A stretch of DNA of 64,000 nucleotides from Guillardia theta CCMP2712 (taxonomy: Eukaryota > Protista > Cryptophyta). Positions 41,401 through 53,884 of this stretch are shown piece by piece. The position numbers were made by a program, and so were the translations under genes. Below the pieces are notes generated by a model. The model saw only the letters and a program-made list of their open reading frames with translations. It was not told where the DNA came from and searched no databases. The stretch lies in the NCBI RefSeq assembly GCF_000315625.1, contig NW_005434659.1:917607-981606 (forward strand), given 5' to 3'. How positions within the stretch are numbered: the stretch's first letter is position 1; each line of letters begins with the position of its first letter.

Positions 41401-43622
41401 CTCCTCCTTGAGCGACTTGTTCAGCTCCTCCCGCAGGCTCGTGACGTCTTGTGACATGTCCGACATCCTCGCTCGCAGGTCCCTCAAGTCCGGCGGCTCG
41501 GTCACGTGCTCCTCTTGACGCTTCGCGAGTTTGCTTGTTAACTGCGGACAAGGAGGTCAAACGAGGTTCAATGCCTGATATGACTGCTGAGAACAAAAGA
41601 CGGTCACCTTTTCCATGTCGTCCAGCCTGTCTGACATCTGTTTCGCTTCATTCTGACTTGTCTTGATGCTGCAGACAGCCAAAGAGTTAGCCAAGGAGCC
41701 TATTAATCCGTCGAGGAGACCTGTCTTCTGCTTCTTCCACCTTTGACAGGATATCGTCTATCCGTTCTTCCAGTCTGTCTTTGTCTTGTTCAACCTCCAT
41801 CATCTTCTTCTTCAGAGATGAAATCTCGTTGTTCAACTCGCTGCTGGTACCCTCACTCTCGCTAACTCTCCTTGCCTCCGTCTCAGGCGGAGCTTCCTTC
41901 GATTTGTTTTCGATCTTCGCCAACACTTCTTCGGCCTCCTTGATCACAGGCTTCACGGCATTGGCAGCGTTCACCGCCGCCTCCCGATGCAGCTCCTTCA
42001 TTTGTTCCTCCTTCCAGGCCCGCAGGTCCTCCTCGACCTTGCTCCTCCATGCTTCCTGCTCCTCTTGCTTAGTCTTCTCCATCCGCAGAACAGCGTCTTC
42101 GATCGCCTTTTGCACGGCAGGGCTGAGGTCTGCTTCAGGGCCCTGAGAGGTTCTCAAGTGCGAGTCATCGTCCCCTGCCTTCTCCTCCAGCTCCTCGATC
42201 CGAGAGTGTATCGACTGCATCCAGTTGTCCATCTTTCTCTCCAGGTCCTTCGTTGCCTGCTGCATCGTCAGGCAAGCAGCACCCCTCCGAACCCCCCACA
42301 CGGACCTGAGCGCTCCTGTTGGTCGTCAGCTCGGAGAGTTTATCCTCTACAACTTGCATCAGGTGCGCGTGCTGCCTGTCAACTTCATCCAGCCTCTCCC
42401 GCAGCTCCAGCACCTCGTCAACAATCCCTTCGTTGCTCCTGCCATCCACCTGCGAGACGCTCAGCGGGAGCAGCAGGCGGTGAGTGCGAGGTGCTACCTT
42501 GGCCATGAGGTGAGACAGAAGCTCCTTGATAGCCTGATTCGAGTCCGTCAGCTGCTTGATGGCTGCTGCTCCCTCATCCAGCACGACAGGCAGCTGAGCT
42601 GCGGCATCGCTAAGATCGAGAGCAGACTTGGAAGGTGTTCTCTCAGGGGAGGGGACTGACAGCATGGGAGAGGGGGAGGACAGCGACGAGTCAGCCCCTG
42701 CCTTGCCTGCCTTGCCGCGGGAACCTCCTTGTTCTAGGTCGTTGATGAACTTCATAACAAGGTTCATGAACTCGACGACTTGGATCTCCATCTTGGAGGG
42801 GCTCTTGCTGTCAAGCACTTGCTTCTTGAACAGGCTGCGGGAGAAGATAGGCAGCAGCTCCGAGATCGAGTGCCTGTTGGAAGACTTCTGACTCTCGAAG
42901 TCTCCGATGAACCTGACCACGTAGAAGATAACGTTCTTGCTGACATCTGGGAGCTGGCGGAAGAGAGCCTTGAGCTCTGCCAGCTGCAAGCTCTCGTTCT
43001 GATGGTAGATGGCTTGAAGGAAGTCGATGTCAGGCGGGAGGAGGTCCGGAACCTCCTCTAAGAACGAGAGGATCATGTATCCGATAGTGAGAGAGTCATA
43101 CTCGTCAAGGTCGATCTCCTCCAAGGCGAGCTCCTCGATCTCCCTCCTCAGCCGCTTGATCTGATCGCATGCCCATCACAACCCTATCCTACTCTGTCAC
43201 AAACACATGCATCACCTCCAGCTCCCTCGGCCTCGACCGAAAGATTGCTACTTCATTCAAGTCTTCCGAGAGCACATGCTTGCACAGAAAGTCCAGAACA
43301 GCAGGGACTCCTGAGTGAAGAGAGAGGAGGCTGTCAGGTGAGGCCATCAACCAGGAGCATGATTCACCGTTCTCACAAGGCAACTGAGTAACCACTTGTC
43401 CGAAGACCTTTGACTTATTGTCGGCTACCTTGGTCTTGGACATCACTTTCTTTGCATTGGATTTCTCTGTGGAACAAGTGAGAAGAACAAGAAGCTCCTC
43501 TATCGCTGTGAGGATCCTCCAGTCACTACTTCCTCTCGGTCACTCACGCACTGAAGCTTTCCTGATTCCATCATCGGTATGTTGACACCTATCTTGTCTT
43601 CTTTACGCGGATCATAATTCAT
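38459..43622 (-). CDS. RhoGAP-domain protein with a long C-terminal coiled coil
   Basis: VFGQ...VPAVLDFLC...EVAIFRSRP (arginine finger)...LFRQLP...NRHSISELLPIFSRSLF, followed by many heptad-rich exons. Spans a low-quality stretch and a gap. Confidence 0.75.
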
Positions 43623-44210
43623 ATCTCCAGTCACATGTTCGGGCAACTTATAATCATCTCATGATCCTTCATCTTAATTCTGCGCTCATCTCCTCATCTC
43701 CTCGTCTCATTGTCTGGTCTGCTCCTCCTCCCTTCCCTAGCCACCCTCTGCATTTCCTTGTTCAAAGTTCTCAACGCCGGCACGATACAGAACTGTTACA
43801 GTGGATGTGACGAATTGTTGCGGATCTGTTACGCCGGCCCGGGGCTCCGCAGGTACGCCCGGCCGCACCATTCAGACGGTAACTAGGCTGAGCCTAGCTA
43901 GTGGTCACAGTACTGATCTTTAACTTAACTTTGAGTAAAAAAAGTTGAGCCTGCCGAGCCTTCTCACGGTGACCGGGGCCGCCCGGGGCCTTGAAGGTAG
44001 GCTGCCCAATCACAGCCTCCGTATCGCTCTCACATGGGCCGGGCCTTGCGGTCCTCCTCGCAGGACCTCCGAACTTCCGATAGGGTTTCTGAGTCCTCGT
44101 CCTCCTTTTTAGAGAGTCGGAGGGTTTCAACTTTTCCACTCTTTTGGTCTGATGGAACTTGACTATTTTTTTTCTGCAACGAACTTTCATTTGCCCCCAT
44201 TCACGCGTGC

Positions 44211-45790
44211 GATGGCAGCGTCAGGCGCTTCTCCTTCCCACCACAAGCAGCTTGATCATGACCCTCCGACCCGCCGCATGCGCTCCTCCTCCTTCTCATC
44301 TCCCACCCCCTCTCGCCTGCGAGTACGGGCTGCCTCTCCCAGCGCCTGGGATCTCGAAAACTTCAGCAAAGAGTATGAGCTACGGGACGGTGTTCCAAGA
44401 CTCAACAAATGCCCAAGGTACGGGTCACGTGTGATCCTGTACAACTTGGTATCTCGACCTCCATGTTTGTTTTGAGGCATCATATGGTGGCAGGAGAGAG
44501 ATGACGAGAGGCAGTATAACGGTGAAGCGGGAGTTATCATAGGAAAGAAGCGCAGTTACTGGATAGTGAAACTTGACATCATGCCCCATGGCGCATCTAT
44601 CCAAGTCAGCCCAGACAACGTCAAGCACGAGCTAGGGTTTAAGCACGCTGAGGTTGCTCCCTGTGTTTGGGTTGAGGAGCTTTTTGACTCCTTTGGTGCT
44701 AGTCCAGTACACCCATTGTTCCCCGCACAGGGGATGTGAGTGTACCAGTGAGTCATGCTCAGCAGCATGGAGCTTGGCTGACCATGACCGACGTCAGGGG
44801 TTCATCCATCCTTCATCACGAAGACGCTTCAGTAAGTCGGAGGACGACGAAGTCCTCCTCCACGACCTCTCCCCTCGCACCAAGAAGTTGCTCGCACCAG
44901 GCAATCGAGTGCAGCTGAAAGAACTTGTGAACAAACCTGAGCTCAACTGGAGAATTGGAACGATAGTTGAGGTTGAAGATGGAATCGGTGATAATCACAA
45001 GTGTGTAGTAGCTCTGGACGATGGCAACATGATCAAGGTGTTTTGTAACAAGTTTTTTCCATTCGTTTGACTCACTGCAAGGTGAAGAGCAAGAATTTGA
45101 TTCCCAAGAGCCATATGCTTGTAGATAAGGTAAAATCACGTGATTGTTTTGCAACTTGTCTGATACTTATCCTTCTTGTGTGCAGGAGATTCAATCTGCC
45201 GAGAAACTGCGACATGAACTCAATGCCTGCACTGCACACATTGCTGAGGTAAGAAATTACATGGATTTCCTCCGCTGAAAGCCCTCTGTTTCATCTCAGC
45301 TCGAAGACAAGCTAAAGAACTCAAGAGTGTATTACGAGACATATGAATCACAAAGAGCCTCAATCCGAGTGGGAACGCTCTATCCTTGTTTCATGGATGC
45401 TGACCAGAGCGCAGAGAACAAGGAGAATCAACAATGGCCTTGACCCGGACGAGCGCGAGCCAGCCGAGAGAACGTGATGCTCCTTCTATCGTTCAAGTCT
45501 CAACCTGTATATCTAATCCCATCTCATTATCTGCAGAAACAGAGTGAAGTCAAATCCTTCGAGTTCTGCTGCCCACGATGACGAGGATTCTACGACGGGC
45601 ATTAAAGACCCCGTGGTGTTGAGGAAATCAAGAAGCAGGCATACCGTCATGTCAGAGTGTAAGGAGAGTGAGAACGTGTTTCAGGCGAAGAAGTGATCAA
45701 CTGTGGGATCTCAATCTCAACAAGATGAACTTGACGGGCACACATGGATTCGCATCTCCTAGCCATGGCAGCAGAGCTGAAAGCCCCGGT
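44211..45790 (+). CDS. Hypothetical protein with two SH3/KOW-like beta-barrel repeats
   Basis: GSRVILYNL..QYNGEAGVII...WIVKLD...IQVSPDNV and GNRVQLKELVNKPELNWRIGTIV...VVALDDG...KVKSKNL. The 3' end is uncertain. Confidence 0.55.
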
Positions 45791-46141
45791 AAGGATTGCA
45801 GTTGAGGATACTTGTGTGCTTCTAATGCTATGGCAATGACGTTGCAGTGCTATGGAGTGAGAGAAGAGAGATGGATCTTCGGAATCGGTGAGATCGTACA
45901 ACGCCTTGTTAGCTCACCATCGTCAGGTTCCGACTGACGCTCCTTGCTCAGGAGGATGGAGAAGGACGCTTTCTTTGACTCGCTGAAATGATTAGAGAAA
46001 TAAATCAGACACTTAGCTTGCATGCCTTTGTCACCCTCGACAAATATTCCCGATCTTTTTTTTTAGTTTTCTTTTACACCAGTTTTTTTAGGCACAAAGT
46101 TTGTGGCCTCAGATTTCCCGCCTTGGAGATTCGTTGCCGCC

Positions 46142-47277
46142 ATGCCGCCAAAGGGAGTGAGCATGGATGAGAAGCGCCGCCGCATCCTCGACATCTTCAA
46201 AGATGCACAGGTAGACATATCATCGTTGTTGATTCTGTTATGTGATAATCATATCTTCAAAAGAATTCGAGATGTCTTCAAGAACTGATGATTGAATGAA
46301 AGGTGTACTCTATGAAAGAGATAGAAAAAATTGGATCCAAAAAGGGGATTTCCGGGATGCAAATACCAGATATTGTCAAGGTTGAGAAATGATTTTCTAA
46401 TTCATGTTGATGTCTTTTTGCTGGGTTGCAGTCTTTATGCGATGACAACCTGATCGACACAGACAAGATAGGCTCGTAAGGAGGATGTTTCGATTCTAAA
46501 CAATGTTGAAGATCCTGCTTTTCTCCAGGGGTAACTTCTATTGGTCTCTTCCGAGCAAAGAAGGACAAAAGAAGCGCTCAAGATTAGAGTCATTGCAATC
46601 TAAAGTGGACAACACGCTTTCCAAGTTGAATAGCGAGAAAAAAAGGAAGACAGAGCTTGCAGCTGCTCGAGAAGCTACAACATCCAGGACAAAACTCCTG
46701 GAAGAACATAAGAAGCTGAAAGAAAATGAGGAGCAGTTGAAAGAGGAATTGAAGAAGTATGCGGACAAAGGTACCAAATATCACACTCATCTCATCTGAG
46801 AGTGTTTTGTAGATCCAGCAGTATTGAAAAAACTAGGTGCAATTTTCAGTTTCTGCAATGGCAATCTAATACTGCCTGTACTCCAGAAAATGATCTTGCA
46901 AAAGCATTCCAAACAGCAACTTTGTGGGGCAATAATCTGGAAGCAGTGAGGTATTCCGATAAAAGCTATCGTTACATGCAATGTGCGCTTTCGTTTCACT
47001 GATTATCCATTCAGGTATTACTTCTGCAAGAAACATGGTATGAGTGACAACGACATCGAGGCCAGATTTGAAAGTATCGTTACATTCTGCATTTCTCCTA
47101 TCGATTGAATCATATGTCACTTCCAAATTTGCTCACGTTAATTTTGCTGCAAACGTCTACACCTTGTCTTGATCTGCATATGTCCCTCACTTAACTTGAT
47201 CAACAGTTGCGGAAAAAGACCTTCAGCAAGTGGATTGGGCATATTTCAACTTGCCAGAGCCCGAAGAGTGTGAATGA
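46142..47277 (+). CDS. MND1: Meiotic nuclear division protein 1
   Basis: MPPKGVSMDEKRRRILDIF...YSMKEIEKIGSKKGI...SLCDDNLIDTDKIG-GNFYWSLPS, a coiled coil, and ATLWGNNL (homologous to ANRWTDN). Confidence 0.92.
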
Positions 47278-47402
47278 GCAAGGAATGAAGATTGTGAAAG
47301 AAGATTGTGAATGAGCTAGGATGTTTCAGAAAAGGATGATGGTAATTGTACTGCACAATCACTTTATATGTATGTCGAATCTGAACCCCTCTGTTCCACT
47401 GC

Positions 47403-48592
47403 CTAAAGCTTGTATCGTTCCTCTTCCGCATAATAATCATTAAAGCCAACAATATCTCTAAGCTCTGCAAAATCGAGGATATCATCGACAGGACGACCTT
47501 CTTTAAGTGATTCCAGTGCTTTGTTCCTGGAAAATAGTCACCATAGAAACCAGGCACAAGTGTTGCATCGCTCACATGGCCTTGACGGCCGTGCTGACGA
47601 GAGTGAGTGGGTAGGCAGCTATCTTGTATCCCATCTTCTCTAGTTCCTTGGGTGGCAGGACGGGAGTCTGTCAAGTTGAGATGAATCAATCAAAGACCCC
47701 GCCAACGAGATTGCTCCACCTTCCCTCCCTCCAGCATGTTAGCCAACTTGGGTGTGTTGGGAGCAGCCTCACAATGCATCTTCATCTCCTCAATCGACTG
47801 CGGGGCCTCGAGAAACACTGAGATCGCATTTCAGTCAGTTCACTGCAAGCAGAACATGGGAGACTTCACGAAAAGCTTTCGCTCACCGATGTCTGCCCCG
47901 ACCTTCTCGTAGAGCCGAACGCGCTCGAGAGCTTCGTCCATGCTGATGCACCCCCGCGCGTCTGTGCGGGCCAGGATGAGAATGTCGGCGCCTTCATCTC
48001 TTGCATCCACCGCTGCCTGCACTCTCTGAATGGCTTCTTCTCTGGAAACAACTTGTTTCCCCCTGGTGTGACCGCAGCGTTTGGGCGCTACTTGATCCTC
48101 TATCATCACACTCGCGAACCCAGCTTGAGCGTAGCCCCGCACAGTTCGCTTCACGTTCATGGCGTTGCCATATCCCGTGTCCCCGTCACCTATTACCGGG
48201 ATTGAAACCGCAGAGCAGATATCTCTTCCAGCGTCCACCATCTCCCCGTAGCTCATGTACCCGGTGTCAGGAAGCCCAAGTTTCGCTGCTGAGGTGGCGA
48301 ACCCGCTCATGAATGTGAGATCAAATCCTGCCCTCTGCACCAACTTCGCAGACAACCCGTCGAAGCAGCAGGGCATGACAAGGATCCCTGGCTGCTTTAG
48401 AAGTTTCCTGAGTTTGTTAGGCGCAGATTCCTCTGCCTTGCACACCAGGACGTGCGAAGATGCTCGGGGTCTCGCAGGGAGCCGACAAGTCAGCATGCTC
48501 TCCTTCCGTTGTCCTGCCATGGGGAAGGGCTGAGTTATGTAGCCAGAGCAGCAAGCAAGCGACGCCGCTAAGAGCAAGAGGCGCAACGCCAT
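47403..48592 (-). CDS. PEP mutase / isocitrate lyase superfamily enzyme with a bipartite leader
   Basis: DGLSAKLV, MSGFATSA, DGDTGYGN, IEDQVAPKRCGH, ARTDA and a C-terminal VGFNDYYAEEERY. The N-terminal MALRLLLLAASLACCSG-Y looks like a signal peptide. Confidence 0.9.
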
Positions 48593-48965
48593 TGCAGAGG
48601 ATCGAATGCTTTCCACCCACCACCCCATTGCCCCCATCTCACCACCCCTGTCTACATGAGTACACTTTCCGTCCCCTTCCCTCGTCCTATTCGTATCTGC
48701 ATGCACCCCCTCTTTCTCTCTGCGGCTCAGGTTCACACCATCTCAGCTGTTCTTCCCTCCTCTCTTCTAGGCTCGTTCCAGTGAACATGGCTTCACTCCT
48801 GTTCAGCTGCTGAGAAGATTCTTGTGCCGCAAGTTCAAGGTTTTGAGCATTCCGTTTCTTTCAGTTGAAAATTCGTTCATTCACAGCCGCTCAAAACTTC
48901 AATCTGAGAGACGGCTACATCACTGTGTAAAGCTGATGCTATGGCATGTTGCAGCCTCAACGACA

Positions 48966-49900
48966 TCAGCTGCCAAACCCAAACATCTTCATCAGGTTAC
49001 TCTTGCGCTCGTACGTGACTTCGATCTCGACATCCTGCTTGATCGGTTCGGTCAGAGGTCCTGCTGGGATATACAGCACTCTCGTCTCTCCAGCTTTCAT
49101 TCCTTTCACTATCGGAATGGTCAGATCTCCGAAGGGCGGCATGGCACGACGTACCTCCGTCCTCCAACCCTCTGATTGTCTTGCCTTTGCCCAAAGCAAC
49201 CTGTGATTAGACTCATGAGTGTGACGTTTGGACGATTTTGTGTTTCTGCAGGATCTGACCGCGAAACCTTGTCGCGACTTGGATGTATCCATCACTACCT
49301 GCAACATGAGCCGTCACCACGACGTTGAAGGAAGGAAGGACACACATACATTTCCATCAGCCGTCTTGGCCAAGATGGAGAGGATCACAAGGTCGCCATC
49401 CTCTGCAGTCTCGACGATTCCAAACTTTTGGCCAAAAGATCAACAAGCATTCAGAGTGGAACCAGCTTTTACCTTGTCTCCCGGCGCCGTGGTGGTCTTG
49501 AGGATCTTGTACTTGACTCCAGACTCAGTTTGCTGCTTCCGACAGTCACATATTCCTCAACATCATCCTCCGATTGGTCACCATCAAACCACCATCCTCT
49601 CCTGCAAGGGCTGGTGCGACCCCGCCAGCGAGAATGAAAGCAGCAGCGCCTGCTTGAGTCAGCATCGACAAGGTGTCAGCATTGTCTCGTCTTGTTCTGC
49701 GCTGTACTAGTACACATACCGCTGAAGAGTTGCCTCCTTGCAACCACAGTGCTTGGGGTTGTACATGCCTGCTTCTCGTTCGCTGAGCAGCGGAGATGGA
49801 GCAGAGGGGAGACGTATCCCTGGCAGATGTCGACCAACAGGAACAGCGCCAAACTGAAAACAACTGCGAACTGTATGAGATGAGAATTATGAAGCCATAT
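48966..49900 (-). CDS. FKBP-type peptidyl-prolyl isomerase, probably thylakoid-lumen
   Basis: TESGVKYKIL...GDLVILS...LGKGKTIRGLEDG...GMKAGETRVLYIP, preceded by a signal peptide, an RR motif, a hydrophobic stretch and A-L-A. The start codon is not resolved. Confidence 0.75.
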
Positions 49901-50286
49901 CGTCGCTGGAGTACTGACCAATCTTTCTTTCGAAAGACGATACAAGTTCAACTCCACCTAGATGAATCTGAACTTGCTAATTATCGACTCCGCCTCTGAC
50001 ATCCCATCTGAGATCATCGGATCACTGCCCTTATTCAAAATTTCCTTCGTTCCCTCCCTCTCTTCTTCCCTCCCTCCCTCCTTCTCTCTGTCTACTCCTA
50101 ATTCTGGTCCTCCTCCTCCACCACCACTTCTCCCCCTTCCGTCACCACGCATACCTCTCTGCCCGGCCGTCGCCGCCATGACGAGTTTCGATTTTCGCTG
50201 AGGCAGACCTGATCTTACACCCCACCCATAACCCTACCCAACAATGAAAAGCTGAACAGGGGGGTGAAACAGGAACCGGGTCTGCC

Positions 50287-52344
50287 ATGCCGCTGGGATC
50301 GCTGGGATCGCTAGGATGGCTGAAGGATGGCGGGAGGAGACGAACAGGTGAAGAGAGGAGAAGATAATTGATAGGCGATGAAGAGACTGATGTGTCTTTG
50401 TCTATGAACTTCTCATATCTCTTTTGCTTTCCTTTGCCCCTCCTTTCCTGCTTTACTTCTGAACAAGCTCATGTGTCCGGTTGCAGGTGTGATGGATATA
50501 GTCATCATCATGCACGATGACGGTACGATGAAGTCGACGGGATGGCATTTCCGTGTTGGGAATGACTCACTGGTGATATGGAGACATGTCTGACCCCTCT
50601 AATCTCCAAATTTTCGTTGCTCAGATGACAACCTGGCAAACTGCAACAGTGAAAGTGCAGATCAATGGAGTTGTGAGCGAGTGCTTGGAGATGAAAGTAG
50701 AGAAGGATGGAAACTGCTACTTCGACAAAGGAGACCAAGGGTTGTCCAATGTGCCCTCGCAAGACTGCCTTGCTCAGCTGGATCTCCAATTAGGAAGAAA
50801 CGAGGTTTGGGTTTCTTGCTTGCACAATGCGATGTGATGTTAGGGGCGCAGGTGAAGTTCGAAGCACACACAGGATCCGTTCTCTATGAAGCAACTGCTT
50901 CGATCTTCCTCTGGGAGGCCACCGACCCTGTCGTCATCTTCGGCGTCGAATCGTCAATCTTTGCCAAAGCTCGATTAGCGCGAGGAGCTGAGATGATCAC
51001 ACTGGGACGGTGAGTGGGAGGAGCACATGAGCTTGGTCGCTGAAGCTGAGGCCCAGACACTCTGGTGGATCGCTGGGATGGGAGCAGCCGTTCGAAGATG
51101 TCTGTGAGCTGCTTGTCTACCTGGACGCCTCGGGATACCGCATCGCCTTCCTTACCTCGTCTCCAATGACTTGGTTCGACAAGATCCGCAGCAAGATGAG
51201 CAACATCCGCGGGCATCCGGTAGAGGATGGGAGGCAGAAGGACCCGGGGGACTGCTACCTGCGACTCCCTGCGGGAGCGCTGCTGACGTCATGTGACAGT
51301 TCTCTAAGATATGTGGTGAGTGAAGGTGTAGTTATGGGTCCTGTGACTCTTTGGATGCTCAGATGAACTCAGTGGTGGGGAAGGGAAAGTACGGGCTGCA
51401 TGATCCCGTCAGTGCTCTGGTGGACGTCTTCACAGCAGATGTCGCGGATGATGCGAGCGAGAGGGCACAGCCGTTCGTTGCGGCATTCGGGGGTTCAGGG
51501 ACTGATGTGAACTTTTACTTGGATGCGGGTATGCGATGATAGGATTTATTGTGCCGTATGTCTTGTTTGATGTGTTTGCAAGGTGTGGAGGCCAACAAGA
51601 TCTTCGTCGTCTCTCCTTCAGGCAGCATCGAGGTCTCGTTCCCGCAGACAAGAGCGACTCTTGCAACTCATTTTGCTTCTTCAGATGAAAGTTTGCGGGG
51701 GACGAAAATTTCAAGGATACAAAGAAGTCATTCCCTTCTTCGTCCATAACTTCCCCCCGGTATATCCATCCCGTCGCCTCGATTCTCCTTATGCTCTTCA
51801 GGTTCGAGGACACTTCTTGACACCAACGTTTGTATACAACAAGGAGTACAAGTTCCCCAAGCGATCTCGTCAGCCCCACGAGCACACCAAGACTTGCCCT
51901 GTGCCTCAGAAGGGCATTGAAGGCATCGAGTATAGCACCGCTGCTGTGCCGTCATCAACATTCAAGAACTGCGATCATGGGGAAGATTTCTCGCCGGAGG
52001 AGGCTGAGACTGCGATCCGACCCAACTTTCAGACCTGCGACGACGACGACCCGATCGATGCGGATGAACCAGACTTCACCTACTCGCAGCATCCAGAGGA
52101 GGGAGACGGAGAGGAGGAGGAGGAGGAGGAGGAGGAGGAGGACCAGCAAGCTGCCGTTTCTATAAGAACCCGAGAGCAAGACCGTGACTCAGGCGCATAC
52201 CAGGTCGCAGTTACGAAGGGTAAGACGAGTGATGATGGAGGTGTTTCGGAAGCTTTGGACTCGAGGGATGTGAAGTGCGATGGTGAACAAGGGTCTGATG
52301 CTCAAAGTCTGGCATCTTCAACGAGCGATGACGAGTGGATGTGA
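50287..52344 (+). CDS. Lipin/Pah1-like protein (N-LIP + LNS2) lacking the catalytic DxDxT
   Basis: N-LIP: GVMDIVIIMHDDGTMKSTGWHFRVG...VQINGV...MKVEKDGNCYF. C-LIP: LDLQLGRNEVKF...ASIFLWEATDPVVIFGVESSI...FLTS...PFVAAFG...DVNFY...KIFVV. Acidic tail. Confidence 0.82.
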
Positions 52345-52649
52345 TGAAAATCTTGAAATCCCGGAAAGGCCCGGAAAGGTTGATTGCCCATACAACGTTC
52401 CTCTTCTCTAGCAGCTGTTTCATATCGTCACAACTTTGTAAATATTGCAGCCAACCTGATGCAACAATCTGTAAAACATTCGATGTTTAATACATTCTTT
52501 CTCTACAACTTGGCAAGGATTATTGCAGGCATCGTGATCAGGCATCGTAAAAGATCATAACTTTCATCGCAACTGCCCGAAGTGCTGATTGTCAACACAT
52601 CGACCCTACTGGTCTTGCTCTTACCTCTCACGAGTTCTCTCGCTATCAA

Positions 52650-53055
52650 TTTAGCTGCTTGCCGTTGCAGGTGTGGAGCCAGCCGCCTGGATCTTGAGGG
52701 AGGATGAGGTTGAGTCGTAAAAGAAGGATGCATGTACCTTGTAGTAGCTTCCACGGTAGAAATCAGCTGGATCATGGCATCCTGTTTTCTCCGTGTATAT
52801 GAAAGCTTGCCTACCACGACAACTCTCAATCACTCAGCTGTGAAGTCATCCCACCCTCACCCATCGAAGTCTCTACAGTAGGTCATGTGGTCTCCGGTTG
52901 TCTGATAATAGTCTTTGCTTTGCTCCGTGTGCCATGGCTCTGCTGTCGCCGTCCCGGCAGGGATGCTGACGGCGAGTGAAATTTTCTGCTCCGTATGTCA
53001 GCGTGTTTGAGCGTGAGGACACAGAAAGAGAACTTACCCTCAGCAGTGAGAACAT
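52650..53055 (-). CDS. Small hypothetical protein, multi-exon
   Basis: Short exon-like segments bounded by gt..ag (…EPWHTEQSKDYYQTTGDHMTYCRDFDG, …CHDPADFYRGSYYK, DPGGWLHTCNGKQLN*). Confidence 0.3.
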
Positions 53056-53884
53056 CTCAAGTTAATGTTCCCTTGACCTGTTTGTCTCAACAATGAGAAC
53101 ATAGGAACATAACATCACTTTTTCATCCGTGCTTGTCTCCCCCTCCTTCCAAGACATCTGAATACGGCAATGGCACCAAGCCTCCTCCTCATCACTCCTC
53201 TTTGAAACTGAGAACCCTCTCTATGTCTCTCCCTCTCTCTTCGCCTCCCTCATTCTGCTCTCCTTCATCCAGCATTCCGGCAGGCCATTCTCTATTTGCG
53301 GTGGCAGTTATTACGGTTATGGTTTTTATCACCGGGTCTGCCCTGCCCACTTTCTTTAGTTGAGGTGAGAGATGAAAATCAACTTGACCTGCGGACCGTG
53401 ATCCAGGCAGTGGCCCGCTTGCTGGATCTCCGAGAGGAGGTCAGAACTCTTCGGGCAGGAGATACCGCGAGGCAGAGCTCATCAAGTGAAATCGTTTTAG
53501 TCCTCCTCCAAGTCACGTGCGCTACTTGGTGGCGCAAGGTACTCGGTAGTGTAGAGTAAAATGGGTAGCCGCGGAGTCCGGTGGTTGATAGGCTTACTGA
53601 AAGGGTGGGGGTACTAGGTTCGGCATCTTGACGTGCTCAGCTGGTCTTCCATAGCTTGAGATGATCAATTTATGGTCGACTACCCCCACCCACCCCTGGA
53701 AGCTCCACTGCCTCCAAACCACCCACCTGAATAAGGGATCACTAGATACAAGCTCAGCGGGGGTGGGGTTGAAGACGGGAGGGGGGTGGAATAGAGGGGT
53801 ACAATTTCCTACGGCTGCACAAGGAGTCCTCCTGTCATTTCTCGTATCATTCTCCTTCAAGGTTGATAACCAAGCTTCGACAGC

